Part shown: one piece after another, positions 23,664-29,301 of the stretch
How positions within the stretch are numbered: position 1 is the stretch's first letter
Layout: every line of letters starts with the position of its first letter
The notes under the pieces: generated by a model
What the model was told of the DNA's origin: nothing
Databases searched by the model: none
The model's input: the letters and a program-made list of their open reading frames with translations, nothing else
Source: Klebsiella phage ST16-OXA48phi5.3
Sequence record: MK416014.1
DNA length: 29,301 nt
Strand: one strand, 5' to 3'
Position numbers and translations under genes: made by a program

Positions 23664-24195
23664 TGGCGTGGAAGTAAACCTGACCGGCCTCGATTCCGTC
23701 CTGGGGAAACTGGATGCCGTCTCACAGGTCACTCGCGATAAATCCGGTCGTGCAGCGCTGCGTAAAGCGGCAAACGTCATCAGGGACAGAGCGCGCAATA
23801 ATGCCGCGCGGGTTGATGATCCTCTCACCAAAGAGGCTATCTACAAAAACATTGTGGTCAGTTTCAGCAGCAAGGCATTTCGCAGAACCGGCGATCCAAC
23901 GTTTCGTGTCGGGGTGATGGGCGGCGCCAGGCAATACGCCAATACAAAGGCCAACGTCCGAAAAGGCAGGGCGGGTAAAAGTTATAACACTGCCGGAGAT
24001 AAAGGTAATCCCGGCGGGGATACCTGGTACTGGCGATTCCTGGAGTTCGGCACAGAACATGCTGCAGCGAGGCCAATAATTAGGCCTGCACTGAATGGGG
24101 TCGATGCCGATGTGATTAACGTTTTTGCTTTGGAGCTGGAAAAGTCCATCGATCGCGCTGTACGACGGGCGGCTAAAAAAGGAACTCCGGTATGA
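23656..24195 (+). CDS. HK97 gp10-family phage protein (tail-neck component).
   Basis: 179 aa. Position and the conserved block A.....A..I...AR.NA fit the gp10 family. GAGGGGG SD. Confidence 0.6.
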   Translation: MADGVEVNLTGLDSVLGKLDAVSQVTRDKSGRAALRKAANVIRDRARNNAARVDDPLTKEAIYKNIVVSFSSKAFRRTGDPTFRVGVMGGARQYANTKANVRKGRAGKSYNTAGDKGNPGGDTWYWRFLEFGTEHAAARPIIRPALNGVDADVINVFALELEKSIDRAVRRAAKKGTPV

Positions 24196-24557
24196 TTGCT
24201 CCAATATTTGCAGTTTGCGCAGCCAGCCAGGCAGTCAGGGATTTGTTAGGTTCTACTCCCGTGCGGCTTTATCCGTTCGGTATGCAGGACGACAATATCG
24301 TTTATCCCTACGCAGTCTGGCAAAACGTAGGTGGCTTCCCTGAAAATTATCTAAACCAGCGGCCAGATGCAGATCACTATTCTCTGCAGGTTGATGTCTA
24401 TGGTGATACTGACACCGATGTGATCGCCGTTGCCCGCGCTTTGCGTGACGCAATAGAGGGCAAGGCCTATATCACCCGATGGGGTGAACAAAGCCGCGAC
24501 CCTGAAACAATGCGATACCGCTATTCCTTCGATGTTGACTGGATAACGACCAGATAA
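24192..24557 (+). CDS. Tail terminator / tail completion protein (DUF3168-like, gpU position).
   Basis: 121 aa immediately upstream of the major tail gene. Overlaps the previous stop (ATGA). Confidence 0.6.
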   Translation: MIAPIFAVCAASQAVRDLLGSTPVRLYPFGMQDDNIVYPYAVWQNVGGFPENYLNQRPDADHYSLQVDVYGDTDTDVIAVARALRDAIEGKAYITRWGEQSRDPETMRYRYSFDVDWITTR

Positions 24558-24574
24558 CCAACAACCCCAAACTG

Positions 24575-24599
24575 ACCCGCCTTGTGCGGGTTTTCTTTT
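24575..24599 (+). terminator. Rho-independent terminator.
   Basis: ACCCGC-cttgt-GCGGGT followed by TTTTCTTTT. Confidence 0.65.
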
Positions 24600-24612
24600 A
24601 TGGAGACAAAAC

Positions 24613-25104
24613 ATGTCTGTATTAACGCAAGGCACGCAGTTTTTTGTGCTCAAGTCTGGCGTGGTCAGCGAGGTTGAATGCATCACCAGTTTCAACCCCG
24701 GCGGGAACCCTGCCGATCAGATTGAAGATACCTGTCTGAGTGAACGGGATTCCAGAACCTACAAAAAGGGGCTTAAAACGCCTGCGGCCGCAACCGTCGG
24801 GCTTAACGCTGATCCGACGAACGCCAGCCACATTATGTTGCATGGCCTCGCTGAAGCGAATGACCAGACGCCGTTAACTTTTGCGGTTGGCTGGTCAGAT
24901 GGAACCAGTGTCCCGACAGCCGCCGCTCCTGGCGCTGAGGATGCTGTTGATGGCCTGGTGCTGCCATCGGATCGCACCTGGTTCATTTTCCAGGGTTACG
25001 TTTCTGACTTCCCGTTTGATTTTCAGGGTAACGCTGTTGTGACGACCTCCGCCACGATCCAGCGGTCTGGCTCTTCCGTATGGGTGCCGAAGGCCGCAGC
25101 GTAA
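24613..25104 (+). CDS. Major tail (tube) protein.
   Basis: 163 aa between the tail terminator and the G/GT chaperone. Bracketed by strong terminators. GGAGA SD. Conserved FF.LKSG......I.S....G motif. Confidence 0.75.
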   Translation: MSVLTQGTQFFVLKSGVVSEVECITSFNPGGNPADQIEDTCLSERDSRTYKKGLKTPAAATVGLNADPTNASHIMLHGLAEANDQTPLTFAVGWSDGTSVPTAAAPGAEDAVDGLVLPSDRTWFIFQGYVSDFPFDFQGNAVVTTSATIQRSGSSVWVPKAAA

Positions 25105-25111
25105 TTAATAT

Positions 25112-25136
25112 GCCCGGTTATCCGGGCTTTTCTTTT
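25112..25136 (+). terminator. Rho-independent terminator after the major tail gene.
   Basis: GCCCGG-ttat-CCGGGC followed by TTTTCTTTT. Confidence 0.7.
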
Positions 25137-25147
25137 CAGGAGCTGAA

Positions 25148-25501
25148 ATGCAACTTACCCTCGATACGTTAAAAGAAACCGGTGCGTTTACCGGGCGTCC
25201 CGTGGAAAAAGAAATTAAGTGGAAAGGCCGTGACGGGAAAGAGCATATCGCAACCGTCTATGTGCGCCCGATGGGCTACCACACCACTAAAGCTGAACTG
25301 CTGGCGTATAACGGGAAATCGGACCCGATTGCTGAGCGCATTGCGGCGCATATTTGCGATCAGGACGGCGCCCCAGTGTTTACTGCGGCTGACATTCTTG
25401 GGACTGCTACCCCGGATCGTGGGGCGCTGGACGGTCCGATTGTTATGGCCCTCCTGGCTGCAATTCATGATGTAAACGAACTGGGAAAGACTACGAGCTA
25501 A
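25148..25501 (+). CDS. Tail assembly chaperone G.
   Basis: 117 aa with AGGAG SD. Precedes the tape measure gene and has a downstream -1 frame extension. Confidence 0.75.
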   Translation: MQLTLDTLKETGAFTGRPVEKEIKWKGRDGKEHIATVYVRPMGYHTTKAELLAYNGKSDPIAERIAAHICDQDGAPVFTAADILGTATPDRGALDGPIVMALLAAIHDVNELGKTTS

Positions 25502-25797
25502 CCGGCGAGGATGAATTCTGGTGCGAACTGGTGATGAACGGCATCGGAGGCCGCACCATCGCAGAGGCTCAGGAACGGATGAGCCGTAGGGAATTTCTGG
25601 TTTGGCTCAAGTACCGTGAGAAGTACGGACCGCTCAATATCATGATGCGTACCGAGTGGGGGGCTTCGCTGGTGGCTTCTGTCCTTGCGAACATCAATAA
25701 GGCAAAGAACACGCCGCCGTTCAAGGTAAGTGACTTTGCACCGCATATCAACGAAGCGCCATTATCTCTGGAAGAGGCCATGAAATCCTGGGACTAA
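25148..25797 (+). CDS. GT fusion tail assembly chaperone, produced by a -1 frameshift at 25483-25489.
   Basis: G frame up to 25489, then the -1 frame (..GKDYELTGEDEFWCELVMNGIGGRT...KSWD*) to 25797. The T-like extension ends 575 nt before the TMP start. Confidence 0.65.
25483..25489 (+). other. Programmed -1 ribosomal frameshift slippery heptamer G GGA AAG.
   Basis: The heptamer is in the zero frame of G, 4 codons before the G stop. The -1 frame is open from 25471 to 25797. Same heptamer as lambda G/GT. Confidence 0.7.
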
Positions 25798-25862
25798 TTA
25801 TTGTTTTTGCCTTTAAAAAAATCCTGCTACCCTTTTGGTAACTATTATCACGAGGGAATGAT

Positions 25863-26330
25863 ATGAAGAGTTCAGGGCAGTTGTTATCGCTGGCAGGTAT
25901 AATTCTCGCGGTGTACTCATTGTTCTTTATGGATGTGAGTGTTGAGGTTGGCGATGGTACAAGAGTTAATAATATTGGGCTAATGGCTCAACAGCAAAAC
26001 TATTTATTAGTTGCGGTTGTTCTTTTTCTTGCTGGTATCTTTATTTCATTCTCAGGGAGAAAGAAGTCATTACAAGAGGTAGATTTCACTAAAATAGAAT
26101 CTTTCTCATCAGATGACTTTGTTTCTTTGAAAGATGGTGAACCATGTCTTAATATCTTGGCTGTAGACAATCTTGCAATGATGTTTTTAAAAAAACATGG
26201 TTCAAGTAGTGTTAATGATATCCTTTTTATGAATATGCCTTTAATCGATAGGTTAGAACAAGGTCTCCCTGAACCACTAAGGAAAGATTTTAAATCTACC
26301 CTTAAAAGGAGGTTAAAGGACAATTGTTAA
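25863..26330 (+). CDS. AT-rich moron: 155-aa inner-membrane protein (2 TM) with a C-terminal soluble domain.
   Basis: About 33% GC against ~52% in the flanks. GAGGGA SD. TM1 LLSLAGIILAVYSLFFM and TM2 NYLLVAVVLFLAGIFISF. Followed directly by its own terminator. Inserted between GT and the TMP. Confidence 0.65.
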   Translation: MKSSGQLLSLAGIILAVYSLFFMDVSVEVGDGTRVNNIGLMAQQQNYLLVAVVLFLAGIFISFSGRKKSLQEVDFTKIESFSSDDFVSLKDGEPCLNILAVDNLAMMFLKKHGSSSVNDILFMNMPLIDRLEQGLPEPLRKDFKSTLKRRLKDNC

Positions 26331-26336
26331 AATAAC

Positions 26337-26360
26337 GCCCGCTAAAAGCGGGCTTTTTTT
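26337..26360 (+). terminator. Rho-independent terminator ending the moron.
   Basis: GCCCGC-taaaa-GCGGGC followed by T7. Confidence 0.7.
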
Positions 26361-26374
26361 CACTTGGAGAATTT

Positions 26375-28822
26375 ATGGCTGGCAAGTCACTGGGAACTCT
26401 GACTATCGACTTGGTTGCAAAAGTTGGTGGATTTGTTTCAGGGATGGATAAAGCTGAGCGTGCATCAGCCAAGTGGAGCAAGCAGGTACAAGATGATGTG
26501 GCAAAATCCAGTGCTGCACTAGCAGGTATAGGGGCAGCAGCTATTGCAGCTGGGCTGGCTGTTGGTGCATCCGGATTTCAATTACTGAAATCCACATCCA
26601 GGCAAATAGCAGAAACTGACCGCTGGGCTAAATCATTACAATTATCTACCCAGGAACTTCTTGCTTGGCAGTTTGCAGCTGAAAAGGCTGGTGTCTCCGG
26701 TGACCAAATGGCTGATATCTTCAAGGATATTGGTGATAAGATTGGTGACGCGGTATTAAATAAATCAGGTGAAGCTGTTGATGCGCTCAACGCTCTTGGA
26801 TTATCTGCGGAAAAACTATCAAAAGTCAGTCCAGATAAACAATTGCTCGCTATCGGTGAATCTTTGGAGAAAATTAGTACTAATGCCGAGAAGACCACCA
26901 TTCTTGAAAGTTTGGGTAACGACCTTTCAAAATTACTTCCTTTGTTTGATAACAACAACCAAAAACTCAAACAGTTTATTGACCTTGCTAAAGATTATGG
27001 TGTTGCTCCTGATCCATCCTCTATTGATGATTTAGTAAAGGTTAATCAACTTTTTGAAGATATGGAGGCTCAGGTTGCAGGGCTCAAAATTGAGATTGCA
27101 GCCGGTTTGGCAAAAGTTGATCTAACTCCTTTGCAGGGCTCACTTGATAAGCTTCATGACGTCCTGACTGACCCCTTGGTTCTTCAAGGAATTTCTGATC
27201 TTGTATCGGAAGTCGCTCAACTTGCTGGATGGCTTGTAAAAGCAGCTGCAGGTGCGGGCCAACTAGCAGCCAGCACAGGAAACCGTTTTGCGGCACTTAG
27301 TGGCAAGATCGACCTAACAAATATAGACCAAGTTAATGAACGTATTGAATACCTGCAAAAAATTCTTGAAGGAAAAAAAGGTTTTTACTCTCAAAGTGAG
27401 TCTATGTTTGGTTGGATTACAGGGGTAGATGACAGCGCGAAAGCACTAAATGATGAACTGCTATCTCTTATAGAAACAAGAGATAAATTTTCTAAAGCTA
27501 GTAAATCGGTGCTGCCCCTTCAGGTAGCCACTGTGGGAACGGACAACCCATTTTCTTTACCTCCTGGTGGTACGAACGGAAAACCTGTTAAAACACCAAC
27601 AAGTAAAACAGAAAATGCTTTTAACAGTAGATTGCTTGATCTACAAAAACAAGCTGCCCTTATTGAAACTACTGGTAAAAAAACAGCTGAGGTTACCGAG
27701 CTCGAAAAAATAAATTTTGATATTACCAGTGGCAATCTTAAAAAATTGTCAGAAGCTCAAAAAGAACAGCTTCGCACTGCTGCAAAAGCCCTGGATTCTA
27801 AAAAGGAAGAGCTTAGGCTTAATCAGGAAAATGCCCGGGTTGCGGAATATGTTTCCGGCTTAGAAAGGCAGAATAAGTTAGTGCAGCAAGGATTTGATAA
27901 TGAAATTGTTGGCCGTTATTCTGGTGGTCGTGAGCGATCACGCATGCAGGATAATAATGATATACAGCAGGATTTTGCATATCAACAGGATGATCTTTTA
28001 AACCAGCTCCAATCTGGAGATATAGACCAAAGTCTTTACGATAAAAAGAAAGAAGCATTACAGAATTCTCTTGATGAGAGGCTTAAAATACAGGAGGAAT
28101 ATTACAAGAAGCAGGATGAGTTACAAAATGATGGTGCTGCTGGTTTTATATCAGGGCTAGCAACGCAAATAGAAGCATCAATGGATTTATACACCAACAT
28201 GCAGCAGGTTGGTGCACAGGCATTTAGCAGCTTAACGGATATGATTATTGACTGGGCAGAAACCGGAAAGTTAAATGTTAAAGATTTTGCTTCGACATTT
28301 CTGCAATCTGTTGGTAGCACACTTCTTTCTTACGCTGCTGCCCAAGTTGCAATGGCGGGTTTGCAGGCCTTTACAGCAATGATCGGCGTGCCATTTGTTG
28401 GACCCGAAATAGCAGGACCGGCAGCAATAGCCGCAACTGCGGCTGCTGGAGTACTGGCGATAGGTGTTGGTACAGCCCTTCAGGGCCAGGCTCACGACGG
28501 TATCGACTCTGTGCCCGAAACTGGAACCTGGCTCCTGCAGAAAGGTGAACGCGTTACGACTGCTAAAACCAGCGCCAAACTTGATGCCACTCTGGATCGA
28601 GTAGCAAACCAGTCAACAGGGGGCGGCGCGATTTATTCGCCCACAATCAATATCCCCATCAATGGTAACCCTTCCGATGCAACTTTGGCGCTGGTCCGTA
28701 AAGCTGCAGATGAGGGGGCAGAAAGGGGATACCGGAAGGCGGTTAATTCAGTCGCAAGCGGTCAGGGTGATTTGCATAAGGCCTTGATGGGGAAAACTAC
28801 CTCGGGGAGGAAAATTAGCTAA
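26375..28822 (+). CDS. Tail tape measure protein.
   Basis: 815 aa. Long Ala/Gln/Leu-rich coiled-coil protein with N-terminal and internal hydrophobic Gly/Ala stretches (AALAGIGAAAIAAGLAVGA; PAAIAATAAAGVLAIGVG). Downstream of G/GT. GGAG SD. Confidence 0.88.
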   Translation: MAGKSLGTLTIDLVAKVGGFVSGMDKAERASAKWSKQVQDDVAKSSAALAGIGAAAIAAGLAVGASGFQLLKSTSRQIAETDRWAKSLQLSTQELLAWQFAAEKAGVSGDQMADIFKDIGDKIGDAVLNKSGEAVDALNALGLSAEKLSKVSPDKQLLAIGESLEKISTNAEKTTILESLGNDLSKLLPLFDNNNQKLKQFIDLAKDYGVAPDPSSIDDLVKVNQLFEDMEAQVAGLKIEIAAGLAKVDLTPLQGSLDKLHDVLTDPLVLQGISDLVSEVAQLAGWLVKAAAGAGQLAASTGNRFAALSGKIDLTNIDQVNERIEYLQKILEGKKGFYSQSESMFGWITGVDDSAKALNDELLSLIETRDKFSKASKSVLPLQVATVGTDNPFSLPPGGTNGKPVKTPTSKTENAFNSRLLDLQKQAALIETTGKKTAEVTELEKINFDITSGNLKKLSEAQKEQLRTAAKALDSKKEELRLNQENARVAEYVSGLERQNKLVQQGFDNEIVGRYSGGRERSRMQDNNDIQQDFAYQQDDLLNQLQSGDIDQSLYDKKKEALQNSLDERLKIQEEYYKKQDELQNDGAAGFISGLATQIEASMDLYTNMQQVGAQAFSSLTDMIIDWAETGKLNVKDFASTFLQSVGSTLLSYAAAQVAMAGLQAFTAMIGVPFVGPEIAGPAAIAATAAAGVLAIGVGTALQGQAHDGIDSVPETGTWLLQKGERVTTAKTSAKLDATLDRVANQSTGGGAIYSPTINIPINGNPSDATLALVRKAADEGAERGYRKAVNSVASGQGDLHKALMGKTTSGRKIS

Positions 28823-29301
28823 TGGCTATCACCACAACGCTTTATTACCCCTCCGCTTACCTGCCTGGACCGCTTAAAGAGAGTTTTGGTTTAACTCCTG
28901 TATCTCCTCTGAAACGGACTCAGATGGTAACTGGCCGGGCACGACAGCGGCGTGCCTACACCTCGACACCAACCCAAACAGATCTGGCCTGGATTTTTTC
29001 TGACGCCCAGGCGCAGGCTTTTGAGGCGTGGTTTCGGGATGAGTTATCAGATGGGGCGGCGTGGTTCAACATACCGTTATTAACGCCTGTAGGGCTGAAA
29101 AATTACGTGTGTCGTTTCACGGATATTTATAAAGGCCCCACGCCAGAAGGCGGATTTTACTGGAGATATACCGCGCCAGTAGAACTCTGGGAGCGCCCAT
29201 TGCCGCCGTCTGGATGGGGGCATTACCCGGAATGGATCGTCGGCAGCTCACTGCTGGATATTGCGCTGAATAAGGAGTGGCCGAAGCATGACGCAGATTA
29301 A
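28822..29301 (+). CDS. Post-TMP protein (159 aa), in the gpM/distal-tail position; function unassigned.
   Basis: Its start overlaps the TMP stop (TAATGG). Complete ORF ending in TAA at the window edge. No family recognised. Confidence 0.5.
   Translation: MAITTTLYYPSAYLPGPLKESFGLTPVSPLKRTQMVTGRARQRRAYTSTPTQTDLAWIFSDAQAQAFEAWFRDELSDGAAWFNIPLLTPVGLKNYVCRFTDIYKGPTPEGGFYWRYTAPVELWERPLPPSGWGHYPEWIVGSSLLDIALNKEWPKHDAD

Noticed and set aside
26578-26970. 130-aa minus-strand ORF and other short ORFs inside the tape measure gene.
   Set aside because: Antisense within a continuous 815-aa coiled-coil TMP frame. These are low-complexity Ser/Leu-rich artefacts.
1-29301. Search for tRNA genes (the expected integrase target), CRISPR repeats, rRNA, and IS elements with inverted repeats.
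   Set aside because: By eye there is no cloverleaf-compatible sequence (no GGTTCGAATCC-type T-arm next to the int arm). Apart from the operators and att-arm repeats there are no regularly spaced direct repeats. I saw no transposase-like ORF.

Overview
This window is the left ~29 kb of an integrated temperate lambdoid siphovirus with an HK97-type head and a lambda-type tail, sitting in an enterobacterial chromosome. Coordinates 1-104 look like the N-terminus of a flanking DJ-1/PfpI-family host gene on the minus strand. An AT-rich att arm with direct repeats follows (110-300), then a tyrosine integrase and an AlpA/Xis-like excisionase. A long leftward early operon runs from ~6328 down to ~1884: about 12 small ORFs plus a Rha antirepressor, with an AT-rich PL-proximal gene carrying two perfect 17-bp operators. 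The immunity switch is a CI-like HTH/S24-peptidase repressor and a divergent Cro, with OR/PR between them. The rightward early operon carries a PD-(D/E)xK-like small protein, an SF2 DEAH helicase, a Zn-ribbon/TOPRIM primase and a lambda-family Q antiterminator. A late control region with a candidate promoter, a ~290-nt leader and two tandem intrinsic terminators precedes the lysis cassette (4-TM and 3-TM membrane proteins, GH19 endolysin, overlapped i-/o-spanins). A cluster of small divergent/convergent accessory ORFs follows, then HNH endonuclease, a P27-type TerS and TerL. Structural genes include an HK97-type portal, prohead protease and major capsid protein, a connector, a head-closure protein, a gp10-family protein and a tail terminator. 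The major tail gene is flanked by strong terminators. The G/GT tail chaperone has a canonical GGGAAAG -1 frameshift site. An AT-rich moron encoding a 2-TM membrane protein sits between GT and the 815-aa tape measure gene, and a post-TMP protein ends the window. I found no tRNA, rRNA or CRISPR array. The most interesting loci are three AT-rich moron-like insertions (5978-6328, 12339-12785, 25863-26330) and the 15.1-16.7 kb small-gene cluster, all of unknown function and candidate exclusion/anti-defence cargo.
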